NCBI GenBank assembly: GCA_031441465.1
Contig: JANOEP010000072.1
Location: 15,018 to 79,017 of the forward strand
Direction of reading: 5' to 3'
Origin: a bacterium
GTDB taxonomy: Bacteria; Krumholzibacteriota; Krumholzibacteriia; LZORAL124-64-63
Length of the DNA: 64,000 nt
The first letter of the stretch is position 1; each line of letters opens with the position of its first letter. Shown one piece after another: positions 1 through 7,864 of this stretch. The notes beneath the pieces were generated by a model, which saw nothing but the letters and a program-made list of their open reading frames with translations, did not search any database and had not been told where the DNA came from. The position numbers were made by a program, and so were the translations under genes.

Positions 1-300
1 CGGCTGGCCGACCTCACGCGCCTGGAATTGCGGGTCTTCCTCGAGGCTCCCGACCTCGATCGCGTACGGTTGGGGCAAGAGCTGCCGGTCGCCGTGGACG
101 CGCTGCCCGGCGTGGCGTTCACCGGCCGCGTCGCCTGGATCAGCGAGGAGGCGGAGTTCACGCCCAAGAACGCGCAGACCCGGCACGCGCGCGCCCAGCT
201 CGTGCACGCGGTGAAGCTGACCGTCGCCAACCCCGACGGGTGGCTGCATGTGGGCATGACCGCCGAAATGGGCCTGCCGGCGGAGGTCCGGCTGCCGTGA
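1..300 (+). CDS. HlyD-family efflux periplasmic adaptor subunit (5' truncated by window edge)
   Basis: Open frame from base 1; C-terminal motif GRVAWISEEAEFTPKNAQT...VHAVKL..GWLHVGM typical of YbhG-like adaptors; directly upstream of ABC genes. Confidence 0.85.
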   Translation, partial: RLADLTRLELRVFLEAPDLDRVRLGQELPVAVDALPGVAFTGRVAWISEEAEFTPKNAQTRHARAQLVHAVKLTVANPDGWLHVGMTAEMGLPAEVRLP

Positions 301-1250
301 AACCGGCGGACGACAGGCACTGGGCCGCCATCCTGGTCGAGGGCCTGCACAAGAGCTACGGGGAGCGCGAGGCGGTCCGCGGCCTGGACCTCGCCGTGGC
401 CCCGGGTCGCATCTGCGGTCTGATCGGCCCCGACGGCGCCGGCAAGACCACGACCATGCGCGTGATCTGCGGTCTGCTGCGTCCCGACGCGGGCGGCGCG
501 CGCGTGCTCGGCCGCGACAGCGCGCGCGAACCCCGCGCCGTGCGCGAGCACCTCGGCTACATGCCCCAGCGCTTCAGCCTCTACCCGGACCTGACCGTCG
601 CGGAGAACCTGCGTTTTTTCGCCGACCTGTTCGGCGTGCCGGCGGCCGAACGCGCGCGCCGCGAGGCCGAGCTGATGGAATTCAGCCGCCTCGGCCCGTT
701 CCGCCAACGCCGGGCGGGGCAGCTGTCGGGCGGCATGAAGCAGAAGCTGGCGCTCAGCTGCACGCTGATCCACACGCCCGAGGTGCTGGTTCTCGACGAG
801 CCCACCACCGGCGTCGACCCGGTCAGCCGGCGCGAGTTCTGGCGGATTCTGCGCGAACTGGCCGGCCGCGGCCTCGCGCTGCTGGTCAGCACCCCGTACA
901 TGGACGAAGCGGGACTCTGCGACGAGGTCGTGCTGATGCACGAAGGGCGGGCCATCGCCCGCGGCGCCCCGGACGAAGTGGCGGCGGCCTTCCCGCGCCG
1001 CTTGCTGGAAGTGAAGGGCGCCGGCCTGCCCGCGGCCCTGGCGCTCCTGTCGGCCTCGACGCCGCCCGGGGTGAAGGTCCACCGCTACGGCGACCGCCTG
1101 CATGTGGTGCACGACGATCCGCAGCAAGCCGCTGCGGTCGCTCGTCTGCTCGACGGCGCCGGCGTGGACATGCGCCCGGTCGCGCCCGGCATCGAGGACG
1201 TGTTCGTGGAATTGATGACGGCGCCCGCCGGCGGGCAGGCGACGCCATGA
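297..1250 (+). CDS. ABC transporter ATP-binding protein
   Basis: GTG overlapping the previous stop; Walker A GPDGAGKT, signature LSGGMKQ, Walker B VLVLDEPT. Confidence 0.93.
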   Translation: MKPADDRHWAAILVEGLHKSYGEREAVRGLDLAVAPGRICGLIGPDGAGKTTTMRVICGLLRPDAGGARVLGRDSAREPRAVREHLGYMPQRFSLYPDLTVAENLRFFADLFGVPAAERARREAELMEFSRLGPFRQRRAGQLSGGMKQKLALSCTLIHTPEVLVLDEPTTGVDPVSRREFWRILRELAGRGLALLVSTPYMDEAGLCDEVVLMHEGRAIARGAPDEVAAAFPRRLLEVKGAGLPAALALLSASTPPGVKVHRYGDRLHVVHDDPQQAAAVARLLDGAGVDMRPVAPGIEDVFVELMTAPAGGQATP

Positions 1251-1975
1251 GCCGGGAAGCGGCGGTGTTCGCCCGCGGCCTGACGCGGCGCTTCGGCGAC
1301 TTCACGGCCGTCGAGTCGCTCGACCTCGAGGTGGCGAGCGGGGAGATCTTCGGCTTCCTGGGGGCCAACGGGGCGGGCAAGACCACGGCGATCCGCATGC
1401 TCTGCGGGCTGCTACCGCCCAGCGGAGGCGAAGCGCGGGTCGCGGGTTGTCGCGTGGGGCGCGACACCGCGGCGCTCAAGCGGCGCATCGGTTACATGAG
1501 CCAGCGCTTCAGCCTCTACGAGGACCTGACGGTGCTGGAGAATCTGGAATTCTTCGGCGGCGTGTACGGACTCGGGCGCGCGGAGCTGGCGGTGCGGGCC
1601 GACGAGCTGCTGCCGCGGCTGGGCCTCGACGCCGACCGCGGCCGGCTGACCGGCTCGCTGCCCCTGGGCTACAAGCAGCGCCTGTCGCTGGGCTGCGCCC
1701 TGGCCCACCGGCCGCAGGTGCTGTTCCTGGACGAACCGACCGGCGGCGTGGATCCCGTCGCGCGCCGCAGCTTCTGGGACCTGATCTACGAACAGGCGGC
1801 CGCCGGGGTCACGGTCTTCGTCACCACGCACTACATGGACGAGGCCGAGTACTGCGGCCGCGTCTCGATCATGGTCCAGGGGAAGATCGTGGCCCTGGAC
1901 ACGCCCTCGGGCCTGAAGGCCCGCACCGGAGGCGCCGACATGCAGGACGTCTTTTTGAGGTTGGTGGACGCGTGA
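1247..1975 (+). CDS. ABC transporter ATP-binding protein
   Basis: GANGAGKT, LPLGYKQRL, VLFLDEPT, H-loop TTHYM; YbhF-like second ATPase. Confidence 0.93.
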   Translation: MSREAAVFARGLTRRFGDFTAVESLDLEVASGEIFGFLGANGAGKTTAIRMLCGLLPPSGGEARVAGCRVGRDTAALKRRIGYMSQRFSLYEDLTVLENLEFFGGVYGLGRAELAVRADELLPRLGLDADRGRLTGSLPLGYKQRLSLGCALAHRPQVLFLDEPTGGVDPVARRSFWDLIYEQAAAGVTVFVTTHYMDEAEYCGRVSIMVQGKIVALDTPSGLKARTGGADMQDVFLRLVDA

Positions 1976-3069
1976 ACCGCATCCTGGCCGTCGCCCGCAA
2001 GGAGTTCCTGCACATCCTGCGCGACCGGCGCAGCCTGGCCGTGGCCGTGCTGATGCCCCTGGTGATGGTGCTGCTCTACGGCGCAGTCATCGACATGGAG
2101 CTGCGCGATCTGCGGGTCGGCGTGCTCGACCTCGACGGCGGCGACCGCAGCCGCGAACTGCTGCGCGCGACGACCTCCAGCGGCTTCATCGTCGAGGCGG
2201 AGCGGCTGCACGGACGCGACGAGATCGAGGCCGGCTTCCGGCAGGGACGCATCCAGGCCGCGCTGGTGGTGCCGCGCGGGTACGGCGAGGATCTCGCCCG
2301 CGGCGAGGCCCGCGTCCAGGTCCTGGTCGACGGCGCCGACGCCTCGACCGCGGCCACGGTCGCCAACTACCTGCAGGCGGTGGTCGCTCTGGTCAACCGC
2401 GACCTGTTGCGCGACGCGGGCCTCGCGGCGCCCTTCGGCGCCCGCACGCGGGTCTGGTTCAACCCCGAACTGGTCAGCGCGCGGTTCGTGGTGCCGGGGC
2501 TGGTGGCGCTGGTGCTGATGATGATCTGCGCGCTGCTGACGAGCATCGCCATCACCCGCGAGAAGGAGGCCGGCACCCTCGAGCAGATCCTGACCACGCC
2601 GGTGACCCCGGCGCAGGTGATCGTGGGCAAGGTGCTGCCTTACGTGGCGCTGGGCGCGCTGGACTGCGCGATGGTGCTGATGGCCGGCAAATGGGTCTTC
2701 GGCGTGCCGATGGCCGGCTCCTGGTGGCTGCTGGCCGCCTACTGCCTGCTGTTCATCGTCATCGCGCTGGCGCTGGGGCTACTGATCTCCGCGCGGTCGC
2801 CGAGCCTGCGCGTGGCGATGATGGCCGCACTGATGGTCACCATGCTGCCGACGATGATCCTGTCGGGCTTCGTGTTCCCGATCGCCAGCATGCCGGGACC
2901 GCTGCAGGTGGTCTGCCGCCTGCTGCCGGCCACTCATTTCCTGGTCGTGCTGCGCGGCATCATGCTCAAGGGCCAGAGCTGGTTCCCGCTGCAGACCGCG
3001 GCGCTGGTCGTCATGGCGGCGGTGCTGCTGACGCTGGCGATCCGCAGCTTCCGCCTCAGACTGGAGTGA
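1972..3069 (+). CDS. ABC-2 type permease (YbhS-like)
   Basis: GTG overlapping the previous stop; ARKEFLHI start, periplasmic VDGAD, WFNPEL, REKEAGTLEQILTTP, several TM helices. Confidence 0.92.
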   Translation: MNRILAVARKEFLHILRDRRSLAVAVLMPLVMVLLYGAVIDMELRDLRVGVLDLDGGDRSRELLRATTSSGFIVEAERLHGRDEIEAGFRQGRIQAALVVPRGYGEDLARGEARVQVLVDGADASTAATVANYLQAVVALVNRDLLRDAGLAAPFGARTRVWFNPELVSARFVVPGLVALVLMMICALLTSIAITREKEAGTLEQILTTPVTPAQVIVGKVLPYVALGALDCAMVLMAGKWVFGVPMAGSWWLLAAYCLLFIVIALALGLLISARSPSLRVAMMAALMVTMLPTMILSGFVFPIASMPGPLQVVCRLLPATHFLVVLRGIMLKGQSWFPLQTAALVVMAAVLLTLAIRSFRLRLE

Positions 3070-3073
3070 ACGC

Positions 3074-4195
3074 GTGAGAGCGCTGCGTTGCCTCGTGCGC
3101 AAGGAGTTCCTGCAGCTGCGGCGCGACACCGCCCTGTTGCGGGTCGTGTTCGTGCTGCCGATCTTCCAGCTGCTGGTGCTGTCCTACGCCCTGAACAGCG
3201 ACCTGCGCAACGTGCGCGTCGGGACGCTGGACGAGGACCGCACCGCGCTGAGCCGCCTCGTCCTGGACGCCTTCCCGGCCTCGGACGTCTTCGTCGCCGG
3301 GCCCGCGGCCCGCGACGCCGCCGAGCTGGAGGCCCTGCTCCAGGCCGGGGCCTGCGACCTGGCGGTGCGCGTGCCGGCGGGCTTCGAGCGCGACGTTGCG
3401 GCGGGGCGCACGCCGTCCGTCGGGATCGACGTCGACGGGACCAACAGCAGCCTCGCCGGCCGCGGCGCCGGCTACGCCGGCGCCATCGTGATGCGGGAGG
3501 CGGAGCGTTTCGCGGCGGCGAACGCGGGCCCGGCCGCGTCCGTGCCGCGGGTGGCGACGGTGGTGCGGTTCCTGTACAACCCCGAACTGGAGAGCCGCCT
3601 GTTCATGGTGCCGGGAGTGATCGTCATGCTGGTGACGATCATCTCCGCCCTGGCCACAGGCATGGCCGTGGTGAGGGAGAAGGAGCTGGGCACCCTCGAC
3701 CAGGTCCTGGTCACGCCGCTGACGCCGCTGCAGTACGTGGTGGGCAAGACGCTGCCGTTCGGGCTGATCGCGCTGGTGGACCTGGCGCTGGCCACGCTGT
3801 TCGCGCGGGTCTGGTTCCACGTGCCGATGCTGGGCTCGCCGTGGGTGCTGCTGCTGGGAGTGCTGGCCTACCTGCTGGTGACCCTGGGCCTGGGGCTGCT
3901 GGCCTCGGCGGCCTCGAACACGCAGCAGCAGGCGATGTTCACGGTCTGGTTCTTCCTGGTGTTCGCCATCATGCTCAGCGGGTTCTTCTTCCCCGTCGAC
4001 AACATGCCGGAGTGGGCGCGGTGGCTGACGCGGGTGAATCCGATGCGGTACTTCATGGATATCGTGCGGGGGGTGCTGCTGCGCGGCGCCGGGCTGGCGG
4101 ATCTGGCGGGTGAACTGCTGACGTTGCTGGGGATGGGGGTGGCGGCGTTCGGGGGGGCGGTGGTGGCTTTTCGGAGGGAGGGGGTGAGGGGGTAG
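3074..4195 (+). CDS. ABC-2 type permease (YbhR-like)
   Basis: VRKEFLQLRRD, VDGTNS, YNPELES, REKELGTLDQVLVTP motifs. Confidence 0.92.
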   Translation: MRALRCLVRKEFLQLRRDTALLRVVFVLPIFQLLVLSYALNSDLRNVRVGTLDEDRTALSRLVLDAFPASDVFVAGPAARDAAELEALLQAGACDLAVRVPAGFERDVAAGRTPSVGIDVDGTNSSLAGRGAGYAGAIVMREAERFAAANAGPAASVPRVATVVRFLYNPELESRLFMVPGVIVMLVTIISALATGMAVVREKELGTLDQVLVTPLTPLQYVVGKTLPFGLIALVDLALATLFARVWFHVPMLGSPWVLLLGVLAYLLVTLGLGLLASAASNTQQQAMFTVWFFLVFAIMLSGFFFPVDNMPEWARWLTRVNPMRYFMDIVRGVLLRGAGLADLAGELLTLLGMGVAAFGGAVVAFRREGVRG

Positions 4196-4232
4196 GGGCG
4201 GCGGGGTTGCAGGGCGTGGCGGGCGATCTCGA

Positions 4233-4261
4233 TTTACACTGCAGGCGGTGCGGGGTATCCT
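4233..4261 (+). promoter_or_regulatory. Putative sigma70 promoter upstream of the cassette tract
   Basis: TTTACA-17 nt-TATCCT, read by eye. Confidence 0.35.
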
Positions 4262-4383
4262 TGGATGTCTATTGGTTGATAATCGTCAGGTATCGGCGTG
4301 GCGGCAGGTTGTGATTTCTCGGTATTGAGGTATTCAGGAAAACTTGCTGCTATATCTGGATACGTAGTTCAGCTTAAGTCATG

Positions 4384-4390
4384 GTTAGAT
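4384..4390 (+). mobile_element. Integron cassette left junction (core site GTTRRRY)
   Basis: GTTAGAT followed by RBS GAGGAG and ATG at 4412; its reverse complement ATCTAAC matches the downstream R'' ATCTAAG (5216-5222) at 6/7 positions. Confidence 0.6.
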
Positions 4391-4411
4391 TCAATGAGGA
4401 GCACGTGCTGC

Positions 4412-5203
4412 ATGCGTAGAATCTCTTTGTGGCTTTCCATTGCGGTAGTTCTCTGCGCGGCCGTCATGGCGAAATCAGGTGATTCGCCCCTGGACGGCTG
4501 CATGAGCCCGAGTGAATACAACAGCTTGAACCCCCCGTATCAAATAGAAGTCGTCCACTATCGTAACATCGTCTCCTTCGACATCTCTAAGGAGGGCGAT
4601 ACCTGGGCGATGATGAAAGACGGCCGAGGGCACCTGTGGATCTATCGGGACCGCAGGCAAATGCTATCTGCTCCAATTGCACCATGGGCACAAGACGGTA
4701 AGATGAGCTATCACTTCACTGTAAGTCGCGACTTCGTGGCTAGCGCTGTATTTCAGTTCGGATTCGGCCGCCACAGCGGGAAGATAATGCTCGGCGACTG
4801 GGCGGAGACTGATCCCCATTTCGACCTTTCACTCGAGCTTATCAATGCAACAATTCAAAAGGGCGGAGTCCTTCATGGCGAGTTCAAGATCGCTTGTTCA
4901 TCGAAGTACTGTTTGCAGTTTGGCAGTGACTGTATGTGGAATTACGAGATTGCGAATGCGCGCGGAGAAGTAGTTCTGCGACCCGGCGGTGCATGTGGGG
5001 AAACGCTTTGTCAGATGACGCTTGAACCGGGCGTGATCAAGTCGATCCCCTTTGCAATACCGACCGATGTTGGCCGATCCCTCGACGCAGGGGTTCTTCA
5101 AGATGGGTTTTTGCCAACCGGAGAGTACACGCTGACGGCCTATATGGAAGAGCACCGAGATATGCACCTCGAGGCTGCCGCTAAGATCACGATAACGCCA
5201 TGA
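4412..5203 (+). CDS. Secreted hypothetical protein, cassette-encoded; C-terminal half resembles a BsuPI-like Ig fold
   Basis: Signal peptide MRRISLWLSIAVVLCAAVMA; AT-richer codons; LQF..NYEI.NARGEVV...TLEPG...GEYTLTAY pattern (domain call tentative). Confidence 0.65.
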   Translation: MRRISLWLSIAVVLCAAVMAKSGDSPLDGCMSPSEYNSLNPPYQIEVVHYRNIVSFDISKEGDTWAMMKDGRGHLWIYRDRRQMLSAPIAPWAQDGKMSYHFTVSRDFVASAVFQFGFGRHSGKIMLGDWAETDPHFDLSLELINATIQKGGVLHGEFKIACSSKYCLQFGSDCMWNYEIANARGEVVLRPGGACGETLCQMTLEPGVIKSIPFAIPTDVGRSLDAGVLQDGFLPTGEYTLTAYMEEHRDMHLEAAAKITITP

Positions 5204-5215
5204 TCAACGGGCGGA

Positions 5216-5314
5216 ATCTAAGCATGGCTTGCAGCAGACGAAGCCACCCGTCACGTCGCTTGCTGGCGCAATCGCCGCGCCAGCCGTCTTCGCTGCTGAA
5301 ACGCGTCGTTAAAC
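5216..5314 (+). mobile_element. Integron attC site
   Basis: R'' ATCTAAG, 5 nt, L'' CTTGCAGC ... L' GCTGAAA, 6 nt, R' GTTAAAC; TT[G]CAGCAG[A]CGAAG pairs with CTTCGCTGCTGAA leaving two extrahelical bases; begins 13 nt after the stop codon. Confidence 0.85.
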
Positions 5315-5333
5315 ATAGTGGGAAGGCTCACAA

Positions 5334-5915
5334 TTGACCATCGACCTATTTAGCAGAATCAAGGGACAATTGGCGCAAGGACTCGCAGCCGCGCTGCTCG
5401 AAAACTACGCCTATAGAGTGATAAGGATCGGCATTGAAGAGCAATATTTCGAACTGAAGTTTCTTCCTCAGTCAGCCTATCTTGATCTGGGACTTCCGAA
5501 GCAGTTGAGGACGCTTCCGGATCTGTTAGTGACGACCCCAGATTGCCGTCGAGCCTGGATGGTCGAGGTGAAAATGCGCACCAGGCTCACAGGAGCCACA
5601 TTGCAGCAATTGGGGCAGTCACTGCGAGAACAAGCTGTCCTGTGGCCGGAAACGTACACGATTATCTTTCTTGGTCATGCATTTCGTTCAGAACGAGATT
5701 ACATTCAGGATCACCTGCGAGTAATCACGCCCGATAATATTGATATGTTGGTCGAATCCTCCACCGGAGCGGAGAGGAAGTGGGAAGCGCTTCCGATGCT
5801 TCATCATGTATTCGAATTGGTTGACGCCGGCGACTTCTTCACGCTTGCAGATCAGATAGTCCCGGCTATTCAGGCGCTTGGACTCAGTAGCCGCAACGAT
5901 GGGGCCACATCATGA
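5334..5915 (+). CDS. PD-(D/E)XK nuclease-fold protein
   Basis: PDLLV...WMVEVK motif; TTG start 20 nt after the attC core; AT-richer. Confidence 0.65.
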   Translation: MTIDLFSRIKGQLAQGLAAALLENYAYRVIRIGIEEQYFELKFLPQSAYLDLGLPKQLRTLPDLLVTTPDCRRAWMVEVKMRTRLTGATLQQLGQSLREQAVLWPETYTIIFLGHAFRSERDYIQDHLRVITPDNIDMLVESSTGAERKWEALPMLHHVFELVDAGDFFTLADQIVPAIQALGLSSRNDGATS

Positions 5916-6090
5916 CGGCACGGGCTTGACGGAAGTATGCAGCAGTCTCCGTCGTGTTCGGAGACTCAGTGATCTGTTCGCAGGAGAGGCGCTCGGCGCC
6001 TTGATCTGACGCGACATCCGCAGCTGGACGTCAATGCGATCGGCGTCGGGAATGATTACCCTATAGACCCAACCAACATCGGAGGTCCGA

Positions 6091-6477
6091 ATGCGAAGAG
6101 TCACAGGCATCGGCGGCATCTTCATGAGCGCCAAGGATCCCAAGGCGCTGTGCGAGTGGTACAAGAAGCACCTCGGGATCGACGTCCAGCCCTGGGGTGG
6201 CGCCGCCTTCGATTGGGTGGACGCCGAAGGCAACCCGACCAAGGGTACGACGGCCTGGTTGATCGGTCCGGCGGACGGCAAGCACTTCGCTCCGAGCAAG
6301 TCGACTTTCATGGTCAATTATCGAGTCGAGGATCTGGCGGCACTTCTCAAGGCCCTGCGCGAGGAAGGTTGCGACGTGCTCGAGAAGACCGACGACTCGG
6401 AGTACGGGAAATTCGGCTGGGTCATGGATCCGGAGGGCAACAAGGTCGAACTCTGGCAGCCGCTTCAAGGGCAATGA
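6091..6477 (+). CDS. VOC (glyoxalase/bleomycin resistance) family protein
   Basis: RVTGIGGIF..KDPKAL.EWY..HLG, NYRVEDL, YGKFGWVMDPEGNKVELWQP. Confidence 0.9.
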   Translation: MRRVTGIGGIFMSAKDPKALCEWYKKHLGIDVQPWGGAAFDWVDAEGNPTKGTTAWLIGPADGKHFAPSKSTFMVNYRVEDLAALLKALREEGCDVLEKTDDSEYGKFGWVMDPEGNKVELWQPLQGQ

Positions 6478-6504
6478 TGTTCGGTGACTCGCCAGGAGGG
6501 AAGA

Positions 6505-6582
6505 TATCGACCCCTCGCTCCACCGGGCACGCAATCGCCGGCTTTGCCCCCTGTCGGTCGTCGGCCAGCCCGGGCGTTGGGT
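6505..6582 (+). mobile_element. Degenerate attC-like site
   Basis: TATCGAC, 5 nt, GCTCCACC ... GGCCAGC, 6 nt, GTTGGGT; canonical attC spacing and a perfect GTTRRRY, but decayed pairing. Confidence 0.5.
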
Positions 6583-6694
6583 GACTTTGCGCGAGCTGTC
6601 TGGCATCGCACCTGACCCATCCGGCACCGGCAGGGTCGCGTCCGTTCGTAGCCGTACCCTCTGAACCGGTACTCCCGCACCAAAGGGAAACGCC

Positions 6695-7135
6695 ATGTCC
6701 GAAGTGTCGACCTTCAGGCTCTACCTGCTGAGGGCCATGTATCTGCTGATCGCCGTGGGGTTGGGGATCACGATATGGCCGGGCATCCTCTCCCCGCCCG
6801 AGAAATTGTCGCACATGAGCGGCGTGGTCCGCAGCGTGCTCGGGGCGGTCTCGCTCCTGGCGGTGTTGGGGCTCCGCTATCCCCTCCAGATGTTGCCGCT
6901 GCTGTTCTTCGAATTGCTGTGGAAGTCCATCTGGGTTCTCGCCTTCGGACTTCCCCTCTGGTCCGCTCGGCAATTGGACCCGAACACGCGGGAAACGCTG
7001 AACGCCTGTCTCATGGGCATCGTGTTGGTCCCACTCGTGATGCCCTGGGGGTACGTCTTCCGCAATTACCTGAAGGCTACCGGCGACCGGTGGGGCAGGC
7101 GCTCGGCATCGGAAAACAGACCCGGGAGGCGATGA
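6695..7135 (+). CDS. Hypothetical integral membrane protein (about 4 TM)
   Basis: RBS, ATG and four hydrophobic stretches; stop overlaps the next start. Confidence 0.75.
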   Translation: MSEVSTFRLYLLRAMYLLIAVGLGITIWPGILSPPEKLSHMSGVVRSVLGAVSLLAVLGLRYPLQMLPLLFFELLWKSIWVLAFGLPLWSARQLDPNTRETLNACLMGIVLVPLVMPWGYVFRNYLKATGDRWGRRSASENRPGRR

Positions 7136-7506
7136 TGGAACTGGGAGCTTTGTCCGTCAGCTTGGCGGTCAAGGACATCGAGGCCTCGAAGCTCTTCTAC
7201 GAGAAGCAGGGATTCACGGTGTTCGCAGCCGTCCAGGCCCAGAATTGGTTGATCATGAAGAACGGCGGCCACGTGATCGGGTTGTTCCAGGGCATGTTCG
7301 ATCAGAACATCCTCACCTTTAATCCAGGTTGGAACAGCGACGCGCAGCCGCTCGGAGCGTACACCGACATTCGGGAACTGCAACGCCGGCTCAAAGAGCG
7401 TGGCGTGGACATGATGTCGGAAGCCGACGAAAGCACGACCGGCCCGGCCAGCTTCATGATCGTCGATCCGGACGGGAACACGATTCTGGTGGACCAGCAC
7501 GTGTAG
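7132..7506 (+). CDS. VOC family protein
   Basis: LSVSLAVKDIEASKLFYEK, IGLFQGMF..NILTFNPG, PASFMIVDPDGNTILVDQH. Confidence 0.9.
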   Translation: MMELGALSVSLAVKDIEASKLFYEKQGFTVFAAVQAQNWLIMKNGGHVIGLFQGMFDQNILTFNPGWNSDAQPLGAYTDIRELQRRLKERGVDMMSEADESTTGPASFMIVDPDGNTILVDQHV

Positions 7507-7719
7507 GCGACGCGGATCGTCCCGTGCGAAGTTCAACCGCCGGGCTATCGTGAGATGCGGCCCCCTCCCCGACCGCGGCGATAGTGCTGCGATACTCATT
7601 GTCAATATGTTGGTTAATGGTACGCCCGAACGGCCCGCCTGGTCAAGACGGGCTCGATGCTGACGGCCATTCCGGTACAGGGCCTGGACCGGGAGATCGC
7701 ACTCGTCTGGAGTACTGCT

Positions 7720-7750
7720 GTCAAATTCAAAGTCGCAGTTTGATTTTCAC
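7720..7750. repeat. Palindromic motif copy 1 (GTCAAATTCAAA-N7-TTTGAATTTGAC family)
   Basis: GTCAAATTCAAA gtcgcag TTTGATTTTCAC. Confidence 0.75.
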
Positions 7751-7864
7751 CACAGGGAGATGGTGCAAGGTCACCACCGTCGCCGGAGATCGTGCGACCC
7801 GCTTGCCGGTCCGGCCGCCGACCATTCCGGATGACGTGCCGACCGGCGATTGCCCGTCGGGTCC

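Noticed and set aside
4298-4411. N-terminal extension of the cassette ORF from GTG 4298
   Set aside because: ATG 4412 has an RBS, begins a clean signal peptide, and lies inside the cassette boundary at 4384.
7531-7610. Further attC after the second VOC gene (GTTCAAC fits RYYYAAC)
   Set aside because: No GTTRRRY at the required spacing after the partial CTATCG/CGATAG pairing.
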